Source: Promethearchaeota archaeon (GTDB taxonomy: Archaea; Asgardarchaeota; Lokiarchaeia; Sigyniarchaeales; SOKP01). Taken from it: a stretch of 64,000 nucleotides of DNA. The notes under the pieces were generated by a model, which worked only from the letters and a program-made list of their open reading frames with translations, was not told the origin of the DNA and searched no databases. Both the position numbers and the translations under genes were made by a program. Positions 32,786 through 43,664 of this stretch are shown here, piece after piece. Within the stretch, counting starts at the first letter, position 1. Each line of letters begins with the position of its first letter. The DNA is taken from positions 15,228 to 79,227 of the forward strand of contig JAUVXW010000016.1 in the NCBI GenBank assembly GCA_030603385.1. Reading direction: 5' to 3'.

Positions 32786-34252
32786 TTGTCAGGTAATCAT
32801 GTAGTTGACATATTTTTGAATCCAAAATCAGTAGCAGTAATTGGAGCATCAAAGAACCCCATGAAAGGTGGGCATCGTATTATAAATAATTTAATTGTCA
32901 ACAATTATAAAGGAAAAATTTTTCCTGTAAATCCAAATTCAGACGGTGAAATATTCGGTTTAAAATTTAAGAAATCGATATCAGAAATTGAAGAAGAAGT
33001 CGATTTAGCAATTTTTTATGTAGGTAACCATATTATTCCGGAAATATTAAGAGATTGTATCAAGAAACGTGTTAAAGCCGCACTAATTGAAACGTCAGGA
33101 TTTGAAGAAGTGGGGGAAAAAGGACTTAAATTGAGAGATGAAATATTGAAAATAACGGATAATTTTTCTAAGATACGGATTGTAGGTCCGAATTGTATGG
33201 GACTCACAAAGATTGATGGGGATAGTGATAGTGAAGAAAGAGGAGGCTTTTTTTCAGGTTTCGGTGTTTTTGATAAATATCGACGAGGAAACATCGCAAT
33301 TATAACTCAATCAGGGATGTTAAATGGAGGATATCTAATGAATCTAATGCGAAATTATCCTGAAGTAGGAATTAGATATTCATGTTCAATAGGTAATAAA
33401 ATGGATTTAAGTGAAATAGAATTTTTGGAGTACTTTCTTGATGATCCTACAGTAAATGTTATAGTTTTATATCTTGAATCATTTAAAGATCCTCGGAAAT
33501 TTATTGAATTATGTAAGAAAACGAAAAAAATTCCTAATAAAACGATTATATTATTAAAAGGGGGAACTACATCTTTAGGGCAAAAAGCTTCTTTAAGTCA
33601 TACAGGTTCGCTAGCAGAAAGCAAAAAACTAATCAATGCTATAATTAGACAATCAGGTGTAATTCAAGCAGAAAGTTTGCACGATTTATTTCAATTCGCG
33701 AGAACATTTTCAATGATATATAAATCTGGAAAAAAATTACCTATATATGGTAAAGTATCTATGATGGCAGGATCTGGTGGAGCTGGCACTATTTCTGCTG
33801 ATCTAACAATGAAATATGGATTAACCTTTCCAATCATGGGAGAAAAGACATATCAGGTTCTGAAAGATCTCTATCCTGAATGGATGCCTCCAAATCGATT
33901 CGCACTTCTAGATTTATGGCCAACATTTGAAAAAGCGATGATGAACAAGGTCAGTCAAAAAGATGTAATGACAAAGATTTGGAAGGCAGTATTAGATGAT
34001 CCTAATATTGAGGGAGTCTTCAATATGATGTTCATATCAAAACGATTTAGTAATAGGTATGATGTTGAAGCAATGACACAGTATAAAACAGATAAAATAA
34101 TATTTATGTGGATGGTTGGTGATATTCACGGAGTTCAGCGTATGACAACATTATTTAATAAATTTAATATACCCACCTTTCCAACATTGGAAGAGATGAT
34201 AAGAAATTTTTCGATATTAGTTCAAGAATCAAAAAATAAAAGCAAGAAGTAA
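32786..34252 (+). CDS. Acyl-CoA synthetase (NDP-forming) alpha-subunit-like, CoA-binding protein
   Basis: PKSVAVIGAS, GPNCMG, QSG, GNKMD, SHTGSLA (phospho-His) and SGGAG. Confidence 0.85.
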   Translation: MSGNHVVDIFLNPKSVAVIGASKNPMKGGHRIINNLIVNNYKGKIFPVNPNSDGEIFGLKFKKSISEIEEEVDLAIFYVGNHIIPEILRDCIKKRVKAALIETSGFEEVGEKGLKLRDEILKITDNFSKIRIVGPNCMGLTKIDGDSDSEERGGFFSGFGVFDKYRRGNIAIITQSGMLNGGYLMNLMRNYPEVGIRYSCSIGNKMDLSEIEFLEYFLDDPTVNVIVLYLESFKDPRKFIELCKKTKKIPNKTIILLKGGTTSLGQKASLSHTGSLAESKKLINAIIRQSGVIQAESLHDLFQFARTFSMIYKSGKKLPIYGKVSMMAGSGGAGTISADLTMKYGLTFPIMGEKTYQVLKDLYPEWMPPNRFALLDLWPTFEKAMMNKVSQKDVMTKIWKAVLDDPNIEGVFNMMFISKRFSNRYDVEAMTQYKTDKIIFMWMVGDIHGVQRMTTLFNKFNIPTFPTLEEMIRNFSILVQESKNKSKK

Positions 34253-34264
34253 ATCAGATATATC

Positions 34265-34897
34265 ATGGTTCGAATATTATGTATAGGAGATTCTCATATA
34301 CCTAATCGGGCTAAAGATCTTCCTGAAAAAATTTATATTAAGTTAGATAATTTAACCAAAGAGGGCCTTTTTGACTTTACCTTCTTTACTGGGGATGTTA
34401 TTAAATTCCCAAAATTATTAGACTCCTTGAACCTAAAGACTAAAAAAAAATTATATATAGTTATGGGAAATATGGATTACTACTATGATAATCGAAATGC
34501 CCCAATATATCAAAAATTAGAGGTTATTTTTGAAGATAAAGATAAGATGACTTTAGGCTTAACACACGGAACACAAATTAGACCGCGAGGAGACCATTCT
34601 CAATTAGAAAATCTTGCTATTGAAAAAAAATACAATATAATAGTTTCGGGTCATACACATAAAGAAGAGATTTTTCTTACAGATAAAGGAATTCTATTGA
34701 TAAATCCAGGAAGTGTTACGGGAGCATGGTCATTTGTAGCTAGTGGTGTTCCTTCTTTTATTGAATTAAATGTAAATGAATCAACAAAAGAAATACTTAT
34801 AGATCTTATTCAAATTGATAAACGTTCAAGAGAAATCATTGCTTTAAAAAGTAAATATTTCTTTCAAAATAATCGAATTACTGATTCTCTAATCTAA
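34265..34897 (+). CDS. Vps29/MJ0936-family metallophosphoesterase
   Basis: GDSHIP.R, TGD, GNMD, HG.QI.P.GD, SGHTH, NPGS.TGA and PSF. Confidence 0.85.
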   Translation: MVRILCIGDSHIPNRAKDLPEKIYIKLDNLTKEGLFDFTFFTGDVIKFPKLLDSLNLKTKKKLYIVMGNMDYYYDNRNAPIYQKLEVIFEDKDKMTLGLTHGTQIRPRGDHSQLENLAIEKKYNIIVSGHTHKEEIFLTDKGILLINPGSVTGAWSFVASGVPSFIELNVNESTKEILIDLIQIDKRSREIIALKSKYFFQNNRITDSLI

Positions 34898-35305
34898 AAC
34901 AAGAATCTTAGGAAGTTTTAATAATACTCCAAGATTCCTCTTTCCATTTGAGCTTTTTGAAAATCTTAATTTTCTATATCCAAAACTATTTTTTTTCATC
35001 ATCATATTGAGTATAGAATTCTCTCCATTTGAAAAGAATAACATATCTTCAGGAGTCATCATTAATTCTAAATCATATTCCTCTAATCTTCCTCTATTTA
35101 AGGAGTAATTTCCTTCTTTTGCCAATAAATTTACCCAAAAATAGTAATCTTCATCAATTTGAAGACCTAAATTTATTTTTGCATTAAAATTATTTAGTAG
35201 TTTCTCATTTTTGGGATTCTTCTGTTTATCAATTATTATGCTTTCAATAGTTTGTTGAAATGTAATAAAAAGATTTTCTTTTTCTTCTTCTTTCATTCCT
35301 ACCAA
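34889..35305 (-). CDS. SCP2-like lipid-binding fold protein (putative)
   Basis: Size and the pattern ...G.L..YDLEL.M.PED.L....G resemble SCP2 domains; weak match. Confidence 0.5.
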   Translation of the reverse strand: MVGMKEEEKENLFITFQQTIESIIIDKQKNPKNEKLLNNFNAKINLGLQIDEDYYFWVNLLAKEGNYSLNRGRLEEYDLELMMTPEDMLFFSNGENSILNMMMKKNSFGYRKLRFSKSSNGKRNLGVLLKLPKILVLD

Positions 35306-35486
35306 TTTCCTAATCTCTTAATTTTATTTTTGAATTAATTAAAGTACTAAAATTCTTGATATAATTTTTGATTTATGTTTTTATTAATTTATTAAATTTA
35401 ATAAAAATAAAAATACTATTAACAAATTAAGCAAGAACTTCTAATTTTTAAATTTAAAACGCAAATTTTGAAGGTGAAAAATAAAA

Positions 35487-36686
35487 ATGTGGCATTTCTA
35501 TTGCCCTAATATTACATATGGAGAGGACGCACTAAATTTTATAGAAAAAATCAAAGGTGAAAAATGCTTTATTGTGACTGATAAGGTTGTTGAAGAATTA
35601 GGTTATTTAAAGATTCTAACAGACAAACTTGATAATTTTGGAAAGAAATATACTGTATTTACTGATGTTATACCAGATCCTCATGAAGAAGATGTAATTA
35701 AGGGTAAAGAAAAATGTATTGATTATGCACCTGATTTAATTATTGCATTAGGTGGGGGTTCTGTCATAGATACTGCAAAAGCAATTTGGGTTATGTATGA
35801 ATATCCAGATTATAACCTTGATAACATTAATCCCTTTGATGAAAAATTATATGATTTTGCAAATAAGGCAAAAATGATTGCTATTCCAACTACTTCAGGA
35901 ACAGGTTCGGAAGCTACATGGGCAGCAATTATTTCTAGATTTCAAGATGGTGCTTGGAGAAAGATGTCATTACCCCATATGTCATTAGTTCCAACATATG
36001 CGATAGTAGACCCTATCTTTCCTAAGGGGATGCCTCCAGCCCTTACTGTTAACACAGCATTTGATGCATTAGCACATGCTATAGAAGCATATATATCTAG
36101 TTGGAGAAATGAATTTTGTAATGCTTTAGGAATAAAAGCTATCGAACTTATTTTTAAGTATTTACCAATTGCCTATAAAGACGGAAATAATATGGAAGCT
36201 AGAGATTTTCTGCATCAAGCATCTACTATGGCAGGTTTAGCTTTTAGCAATTCTCAGCTTCATATAGGACATGCTATGGGTCATAGCTTAGCTGCTGTAT
36301 TTCCCATTCCCCACGGTCAAACAGTAGGGCTTTTTCTTAAATATATTACACAATACTGTTTAAATGATCCAGGAGAGATTAATGAATCTATTGAAGTCTA
36401 TTCAACTTTAGCAAAAAAATTGGGTTGGGCAAAATGGGATTATCCCCCTAAGAAAGCATCTTATATAGTAGTTGAAAAAATTAATGAACTCCAAGATAAA
36501 GTGGATTTTATCAAAAATATAAAAGATTTGGGAATAACTCAAGAAGATTTTAACAATAATTTAAATAAATTGATTGGTTTATGTTATCAGGATCCGAGCA
36601 GTGTTATGGCCCCAAGAACCCCAAATAAAGAAGAATTTACTAAGCTTTATACTTATGCGTATGAGGGAAAAGACATCGACTTTTAA
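35487..36686 (+). CDS. Iron-containing alcohol dehydrogenase
   Basis: ALGGGSVIDTAK, IPTTSGTGSE, DALAHAIEAY and HAMGH...PHG. Confidence 0.93.
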   Translation: MWHFYCPNITYGEDALNFIEKIKGEKCFIVTDKVVEELGYLKILTDKLDNFGKKYTVFTDVIPDPHEEDVIKGKEKCIDYAPDLIIALGGGSVIDTAKAIWVMYEYPDYNLDNINPFDEKLYDFANKAKMIAIPTTSGTGSEATWAAIISRFQDGAWRKMSLPHMSLVPTYAIVDPIFPKGMPPALTVNTAFDALAHAIEAYISSWRNEFCNALGIKAIELIFKYLPIAYKDGNNMEARDFLHQASTMAGLAFSNSQLHIGHAMGHSLAAVFPIPHGQTVGLFLKYITQYCLNDPGEINESIEVYSTLAKKLGWAKWDYPPKKASYIVVEKINELQDKVDFIKNIKDLGITQEDFNNNLNKLIGLCYQDPSSVMAPRTPNKEEFTKLYTYAYEGKDIDF

Positions 36687-36857
36687 ATTTTAATTTTTCT
36701 TTACTTTTTTTTAATGTCTGTTTTAATAATTTTGCATTTTTTCTTCAATACAACTAAAAATTTTTACTGATAAAAATAAATATAGCGAGATGATATTATC
36801 TTTTTATAGCAATCTTAAATATAGAATTATTAGAAAATTAATAGATTATAAATAAAT

Positions 36858-38591
36858 ATGAACATTCCTGAGATGGAAAGAGAAGCACTAGAAATATTGG
36901 AAGCGCAGATTGAAGGTACTATGCCGGAGATCTCAGAGTTAGAGCGTTATAAGCTTGGTTTTTGCATGTTAGATGGGCATGTTACGGGTTTGAGTCTCTT
37001 TTCTTGTGGGTTATCTTACATTCCAAAAACAATTGAGTCTTTGTCTTTTATAAAAGAAATCTATTTAAGAGGTAACATCTTAAGTTCGATTCCTGATGAA
37101 TTATGCTCTTTACCTGTTCTACAAATACTTGATATCAGCGAAAATCGTTTGAATAAATTACCAGAATTAATAAGATCCCTTTCAGCTCTTAAAGAGCTGC
37201 ATTTGGAATCAAATCATTTGAAAAATTTACCAAACTCAATAGGTGATCTTAGATCCTTAGAGATCCTAGATTTAAGCGAAAATGAATTAATTGATCTTCC
37301 ATCTACTTTGGGAAGTTTAGATAAATTAAAAACCTTAGATTTAAGTAATAATGAAATAGTGGAATTACCGGATTCTATAGGGAAGCTTAATTCACTGGAA
37401 ACATTTTATTTAGGAAATAATAAATTGAATAATCTTCCTGAATCAATTGGTTCATTACCATCCCTTAAAAGACTAAATCTTAGAAATAATAAATTAATAA
37501 GTCTTCCAGAGTCCATTGGAGAACTAGTTACTTTAACTTCATTATTTTTAAAAGGAAACTTTTTAAAAAGCTTGCCAAGTTCAATCAGAAAATTAAATTG
37601 TTTGAAATATCTGGGATTAGCATCGAATCAAATAAATTCACTGCCTAATACTATTGGTTCACTTTCTTCTCTGGAGAATTTAACTATATCATCGAATGAA
37701 CTACTCGAACTACCTTCTTCAATAGGATCTCTTAAAAAGCTGTTAAGGCTTGAATTAACTGATAATAAACTACAGAATTTACCTGATTCGATTGGTGGTC
37801 TTTCTTCTCTAAATATACTTAGGTGTGACCGAAATCAAATAAATAAAATTCCAGACTCAATTGGAGAATTGAATTCACTTGAATCATTAAAATTGGATAT
37901 TAATGCTATAAATAGTTTACCAGATAGTATTGGTAAATTAAAACTTTTAAAAGAATTAATTCTGTATGATAACAAATTGGCTGATCTCCCAGAGTCCATT
38001 GGAAATCTTTCATCATTAGAAGTATTAGATTTGAGTAAAAATGAATTAACAAAGCTTCCTGAATCGATTGGTTCACTTGATTCACTTTTAGATATAGATA
38101 TATCTACAAACAAATTGACATATATCCCTCCTTCAATAGGAGCTTTATCACTGCTAAAAAGTTTAATTTTAGGTTTTAATCGATTAGTAGATGTTCCAAA
38201 ATCAATAGGTTTTCTCACTACATTGGAAGTTTTAGATTTAGGTAAAAATCGTTTAAGTTTTATTCCAGAGACTTTAGGATCTCTAACATCTCTTAAGCAT
38301 TTATATCTCTATTATAATGAATTGAGTAGCGTTCCAGAATCTATAGGGTCTTTACAATCATTAAAATACTTATATTTAGGAAATAACAAACTAATAATAC
38401 TTCCAGAATCAATTGGAAGATTAAAATCTCTAAAATATTTATTCTTAAGAGCAAATTATTTAGCTGAATTACCAGAATCACTAGAATTACTCCCATCCTT
38501 AAAATATTTAAATATTGAAAAAAATAATCTTAAGGGTTATCTTGATTTTTTACATAAATTAGAAGTTAGAGGAATTAAAATTTTGAAATAA
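36858..38591 (+). CDS. Leucine-rich repeat protein (about 21 tandem 23-residue LRRs)
   Basis: Regular LxxLxLxxNxLxxLPxSIGxLxx repeats throughout; short N-terminal cap. Confidence 0.95.
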   Translation: MNIPEMEREALEILEAQIEGTMPEISELERYKLGFCMLDGHVTGLSLFSCGLSYIPKTIESLSFIKEIYLRGNILSSIPDELCSLPVLQILDISENRLNKLPELIRSLSALKELHLESNHLKNLPNSIGDLRSLEILDLSENELIDLPSTLGSLDKLKTLDLSNNEIVELPDSIGKLNSLETFYLGNNKLNNLPESIGSLPSLKRLNLRNNKLISLPESIGELVTLTSLFLKGNFLKSLPSSIRKLNCLKYLGLASNQINSLPNTIGSLSSLENLTISSNELLELPSSIGSLKKLLRLELTDNKLQNLPDSIGGLSSLNILRCDRNQINKIPDSIGELNSLESLKLDINAINSLPDSIGKLKLLKELILYDNKLADLPESIGNLSSLEVLDLSKNELTKLPESIGSLDSLLDIDISTNKLTYIPPSIGALSLLKSLILGFNRLVDVPKSIGFLTTLEVLDLGKNRLSFIPETLGSLTSLKHLYLYYNELSSVPESIGSLQSLKYLYLGNNKLIILPESIGRLKSLKYLFLRANYLAELPESLELLPSLKYLNIEKNNLKGYLDFLHKLEVRGIKILK

Positions 38592-38715
38592 TAACCTTTC
38601 CTTCTTCCTTATTCTCTTCGTGAAAATGTATTTCAAAATGAACAAATTCAAAATAAGGAGAAACATTATTCTTTTTAAGATAGGTATCTAAAAAATAATA
38701 TAATTTAAATATTAA

Positions 38716-40755
38716 ATGCCGTTAGATAAAAGTATGGATATTTCAAAAGCGATGAGTATTAAATTATCTTCCGAGCTACCATCATATCCAAAATTCATTG
38801 AGGGAATAAGACGAGCACCATCAAGAGGTTATCTACTTAATCCTTCACAAACAAAATTAGCGTTAAAGAATGCATTAAGATATATTCCTACATCTTTACA
38901 TGAAAAAGTGGCATCAGAATTCTTAGAAGAATTAATAACAAGGGGCAGAATCTATGGTTATAGATTCAGACCTGAAGGAAATATAAAAGCTAAACCTATC
39001 AACGAATATGTTGGAAATATACTTGAATGTAAAGCCTTACAAGTTATGATTGATAACAATCTCGATTTTGACGTGGCTCTTTATCCATATGAATTGACAA
39101 CTTATGGTGAAACTGGGCAAGTTTTTCAAAATTGGATGCAATTTAAATTAGTTAAAATTTATCTGGAACAAATGACTGAAAATCAAACACTAATTATAGC
39201 CTCTGGGCATCCAGTTGGACTTTTTCCTACATCATTACATGCTCCTAGAGTAATTTCAACTAATGGTTTAATGGTGGGTATGTTTGACAACGCAGACGAT
39301 TTCGCAATAGCAGCAGCTATGGGTGTAGCTAATTATGGCCAAATGACAGCCGGTGGATGGATGTATATCGGTCCTCAAGGAATTGTGCATGGTACTTATA
39401 TTACGTTACTAAATGCAGGAAGGTTATACCTAAATATACCTCAAAATGAAGATTTAAAAGGTATTTTATACATTTCATCTGGACTTGGTGGAATGAGTGG
39501 AGCACAAGCGAAAGCAGTGGAAATTGCTGGTGGAATCGGTGTTATTGCTGAAGTAGATAAATCAAGGATAAAAACAAGATATGATCAAGGATGGATTTCT
39601 AAAATTTCTGATGATTTGGACGAGATCTTTCAATGGGTTGAAAATGCGAGAAAATCTGGTGGACCACTCTCAATAGCATATCATGGAAATGTTGTTAATC
39701 TTTGGAAATATATAGTAGAAAATAACATCATGGTAGAACTGGCATCTGATCAAACTTCCTGCCATGCCGTTTACGAAGGTGGATATACTCCGTTTCAAAT
39801 TAGTTTTAAAGAAGGTAGAGATTTGATTAAAAATGATATTGATCGATTTAAACAATTGGTTGATGAATCTTTGAAGGAGCAATTTAAACTTATTAATATA
39901 ATGACTAAAAAGGGTACTTATTTTTGGGATTATGGTAATTCTTTTCTGAAGGCAGTATACGATGCAGGAGTCAAAGAAATAGCAAAGAATCAAACTAATC
40001 CCTCTGAAGGATTTATTTTTCCATCTTATGTAGAGGATATAATGGGGCCTATATGTTTTGATTATGGCTATGGACCTTTTAGATGGGTTTGCCTTTCTGG
40101 AAAAGAAGAGGATTTAGATAAAACTGATCAAACTGCAATGATTTCTATTAACCCAGAAAGAAGAGCTCAAGATAGAGACAATTATATTTGGATAAGAGAC
40201 GCAAAAAAAAATAATCTAGTAGTAGGTACAAAAGCTAGAATATTATATGCTGATGCTGAAGAGAGAATTGAAATAGCATTAAAATTTAATAGTTTAGTAA
40301 GAAGAGGAAAAGTTGGACCTATAATGCTCGGAAGGGATCACCATGATGTTTCTGGAACAGATTCACCTTTCAGAGAAACATCTAACATAAGAGATGGAAG
40401 TAATGTGATGGCAGAAATGGCTATACACTGCTTCACGGGAAATGCAATCAGAGGTATGACTTATGTAGTTCTTTCCAATGGTGGTGGAGTGGGCATAGGG
40501 AAATGCTTTAATGGCGGATTTGGGTTGGTGTTAGATGGCTCTGAAAAAGTTGATAATGTAATAAGGAATTCTGTTGAATGGGATGTCATGGGTGGAATTG
40601 CAAGAAGAAGTTGGGCTAGAAATCCTCATGCTTATGAAACAGCATATAATTGGAATATTAAGAACAAAGAAAAAGGTCATATTACCCTTCCATTCATTGC
40701 AGAAGATAAGATTTTAGATAATATAGTAGAAAATTTCTTTGAAAAACTTAAATAA
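38716..40755 (+). CDS. hutU: Urocanate hydratase (long form)
   Basis: GQMTAGGWMYIGPQGIVHGT, GLGGMSGAQ, SDQTSCH, GPFRW, GRDHHD and NGGGVG. Confidence 0.95.
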   Translation: MPLDKSMDISKAMSIKLSSELPSYPKFIEGIRRAPSRGYLLNPSQTKLALKNALRYIPTSLHEKVASEFLEELITRGRIYGYRFRPEGNIKAKPINEYVGNILECKALQVMIDNNLDFDVALYPYELTTYGETGQVFQNWMQFKLVKIYLEQMTENQTLIIASGHPVGLFPTSLHAPRVISTNGLMVGMFDNADDFAIAAAMGVANYGQMTAGGWMYIGPQGIVHGTYITLLNAGRLYLNIPQNEDLKGILYISSGLGGMSGAQAKAVEIAGGIGVIAEVDKSRIKTRYDQGWISKISDDLDEIFQWVENARKSGGPLSIAYHGNVVNLWKYIVENNIMVELASDQTSCHAVYEGGYTPFQISFKEGRDLIKNDIDRFKQLVDESLKEQFKLINIMTKKGTYFWDYGNSFLKAVYDAGVKEIAKNQTNPSEGFIFPSYVEDIMGPICFDYGYGPFRWVCLSGKEEDLDKTDQTAMISINPERRAQDRDNYIWIRDAKKNNLVVGTKARILYADAEERIEIALKFNSLVRRGKVGPIMLGRDHHDVSGTDSPFRETSNIRDGSNVMAEMAIHCFTGNAIRGMTYVVLSNGGGVGIGKCFNGGFGLVLDGSEKVDNVIRNSVEWDVMGGIARRSWARNPHAYETAYNWNIKNKEKGHITLPFIAEDKILDNIVENFFEKLK

Positions 40756-40813
40756 AAATTAAAGGTCCATTAACTTATTTACGAGCATGATAAAGAATTA
40801 AAGGGGAGACTTT

Positions 40814-42325
40814 ATGGAAAACAATTTTCGATATGGAATAGATAAGTTAACAGTAAATATAGCATTGAAAATAGCTCACGATCAAATAAGAGGTGTTTTA
40901 ACAAAAGAAACAAAGGCAAAAATAGAAAAGAGTTTTAAAGCAGTTCAATCAATAGCTAAAGGAGATCGATTAGTGTATAGCATTAATACAGGATTTGGAT
41001 CACTGTGTACTACTAAAATTTCAATGGAAGAAACAGGAATGTTACAGGAAAATCTTCTTAAAAGCCATAGTGTAGGTGTAGGTTCTCCAATAGACAAAGA
41101 ACTTTCAAAATTAATGTTAATTCTAAAAGTACAAGCTCTTTCTAAAGGTTATTCTGGAAGCTCATTACAAGTTGTGGAAAGAATTTGTTGGCATATTGAA
41201 AATAATTATATTCCATTAGTACCTGAGCAAGGTTCAGTTGGGGCTTCAGGAGATTTGGCACCATTAGCACATTTATTTCTACCATTGATTGGATTAGGTT
41301 ACTTAACAAGGGATGGCAGATCTTACATTGAATCTGAAAAAGTTTTAAAAGAACATAACTTAGAACCTCTAAAATTACAAGCAAAAGAGGGGTTAGCTTT
41401 AATCAACGGAACTCAATTTATTGCTGCTCATGCTATAAAAATTGTTGAAGATTTTTCAAGGGCTCTTGATCACGCTGATCTTATTGGTGCTTTAACTCTT
41501 GAGAGTTACCTAGCATCTCCGCAACCTTTTGCTGAGAAATTAATAGAATTAAGACCGCATAGAGGAAGTTTATTGGTAGCAAAAAGGATGAGAAGATTTT
41601 TACAAAATTCTCAATTAGTAGAATCCCATAAAGATTGCGGGCGAGTTCAAGATCCTTATTCCATAAGATGTATTCCCCAAGTTCACGGTGCATCAAGAGA
41701 TGCACTATACCATTTAAATGAGAAATTAGAGTGTGAGTTAAATTCTGTTACCGATAACCCAATCATTTTTAGTGAAAATGAAACATATAGTGGAGGAAAT
41801 TTTCATGGACAACCGCTTGCTTTACCTTTAGATTATGTGAGTCTGGCTGCATCTGAAATTGGAAATATATCTGATCGTCGAGTTTTTTTGTTACTCGAAG
41901 GGAAATGGGGATTACCTTCCTGCTTAATCAAGGATGCAGGATTAAACTCTGGTTTCATGATGATACAATATACTTCAGCGGCTCTAGCTAGCGAAAACAA
42001 ATCTCTTTGCTTTCCTGCCAGTGCAGATAGTATTCCTACAGGAGGAGGACAAGAAGACCATGTAAGTATGGGTTCAATTAGTGCAAGAAAAGCTCTTAGA
42101 ATTATTAACAACCTCGAAAATATTCTTGCTGTTGAACTCCTATGCGCAGCACAAGCATTTGATTTTAGAAGACCCTTGAAATCCAGTAAAATTATAGAAG
42201 AATGCCACAAGTACATACGAGACAAGATACCTCATATTTCTGAAGATAGAATTTTATCTAAATATATTAACTCTGCAAGAGAAATTATAAAGAGTAATGA
42301 ATTATTAAAAATTGCCCAAAAATAA
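40814..42325 (+). CDS. hutH: Histidine ammonia-lyase
   Basis: GSVGASGDLAPL (MIO), KEGLALINGTQ, QDPYSIRC.PQVHG, GGNFHG and QEDHVSMG. Confidence 0.97.
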   Translation: MENNFRYGIDKLTVNIALKIAHDQIRGVLTKETKAKIEKSFKAVQSIAKGDRLVYSINTGFGSLCTTKISMEETGMLQENLLKSHSVGVGSPIDKELSKLMLILKVQALSKGYSGSSLQVVERICWHIENNYIPLVPEQGSVGASGDLAPLAHLFLPLIGLGYLTRDGRSYIESEKVLKEHNLEPLKLQAKEGLALINGTQFIAAHAIKIVEDFSRALDHADLIGALTLESYLASPQPFAEKLIELRPHRGSLLVAKRMRRFLQNSQLVESHKDCGRVQDPYSIRCIPQVHGASRDALYHLNEKLECELNSVTDNPIIFSENETYSGGNFHGQPLALPLDYVSLAASEIGNISDRRVFLLLEGKWGLPSCLIKDAGLNSGFMMIQYTSAALASENKSLCFPASADSIPTGGGQEDHVSMGSISARKALRIINNLENILAVELLCAAQAFDFRRPLKSSKIIEECHKYIRDKIPHISEDRILSKYINSAREIIKSNELLKIAQK

Positions 42326-42341
42326 TTAGAGTTGTACTGAT

Positions 42342-43646
42342 TTGTTTGTAGCATCGACTTATGTGAAAAAAGAAATGTTTTTAGAAAGTGAACCCGATCT
42401 TGTGATTATTCATGCAAATGAATTAATTACGATGAATACTGCTTTTGGAGCTCCAAGAAAAGGCGAAAGTATGTCAGAACTGGCTATTTTTTATGATGGC
42501 GCGATAGCAATTAAAGATGACAGAATTATTTTTGTAGGAAGTACTGACGAATTAATGTCAAAATTTTCCTTTGGAGAAATAACAAGAAAGATAGATGCTT
42601 CGAATAAACTAGTTACACCTGGATTTGTCGATCCCCATACACACATTATCTTTGATGGGACTAGAGAAAATGAATTATCTATGAAACTAAAGGGAAAATC
42701 ATATCTCGAAATTCTCAAGGAAGGAGGGGGTATATTAAAAACTGTTCGAGAAACAAGGAATGCTCCAATAGAGAAATTAATAGAAAACGGTAAAAAAATT
42801 TTATATCGAATGATCTCGTATGGTACAACTACTCTTGAAACAAAATCAGGTTACGGGCTAACTACTGAAAGTGAAATAAAAATTTTGAAAGCTATTAAGG
42901 TTTTAAATGAAGTACACCCTATAGATATAGTTTCAACTTTTTTAGGTGCCCATGCGATACCAACGGAATACGAAAATAGAGCAAATGAGTATGTTGATCT
43001 CATAATTTCTGAAATGATTCCGAGAATTGTTAAAGAAAATCTTGCTGAATTTTGTGATGTATTTTGTGAAAAAGGTATATTTTCTATAAAACAAACAAGA
43101 AAAATATTAGAAACTGCTAAGAGATATGGATTAACTCCTCAAATTCATATCGATGAGATTGTAGATACATACGGTGCGAAGTTAGCGGCAGATATAAATG
43201 CTATTCAAGCAGGACATTTATTAAAATCAAACGATGAAGGTTTAAAAGCAATGGCAGAAGCTGATGTTATTGCTACACTCTTACCTGGGACCCCTTTCTG
43301 TTTAATGTCTAATGAATATGCACCAGCTAGAAAAATGATTGATCTAGGTATACCTATTGCTTTAGCAACGGATTTAAATCCTAATTGTTGGACGGAATCA
43401 ATGCAAATGATTATTGCATTAGCTTGTTATAATATGCGACTCTCACCTGCAGAAGCATTAGCTGCTTCTACTATAAACAGTGCTTGCGCACTCCAAAGGC
43501 AAGATGAGATTGGAAGCTTAGAAATTGGTAAAAAGGCGGATTTAATTATATTTGATGTTCCTAATCATAATTTTCTTCCTTACCAATTTGGTGTAAACTT
43601 AGTGTCAATGGTTGTAAAAAACGGGAAGGTTGTGGTTGATATTTAG
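42342..43646 (+). CDS. hutI: Imidazolonepropionase
   Basis: PGFVDPHTH, GGGI, ETKSGYGL, FLGAHA, DVFCE and ATDLNP. Start may be ATG 42376. Confidence 0.95.
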   Translation: MFVASTYVKKEMFLESEPDLVIIHANELITMNTAFGAPRKGESMSELAIFYDGAIAIKDDRIIFVGSTDELMSKFSFGEITRKIDASNKLVTPGFVDPHTHIIFDGTRENELSMKLKGKSYLEILKEGGGILKTVRETRNAPIEKLIENGKKILYRMISYGTTTLETKSGYGLTTESEIKILKAIKVLNEVHPIDIVSTFLGAHAIPTEYENRANEYVDLIISEMIPRIVKENLAEFCDVFCEKGIFSIKQTRKILETAKRYGLTPQIHIDEIVDTYGAKLAADINAIQAGHLLKSNDEGLKAMAEADVIATLLPGTPFCLMSNEYAPARKMIDLGIPIALATDLNPNCWTESMQMIIALACYNMRLSPAEALAASTINSACALQRQDEIGSLEIGKKADLIIFDVPNHNFLPYQFGVNLVSMVVKNGKVVVDI

Positions 43647-43664
43647 AATATAACCTCGAAAATT

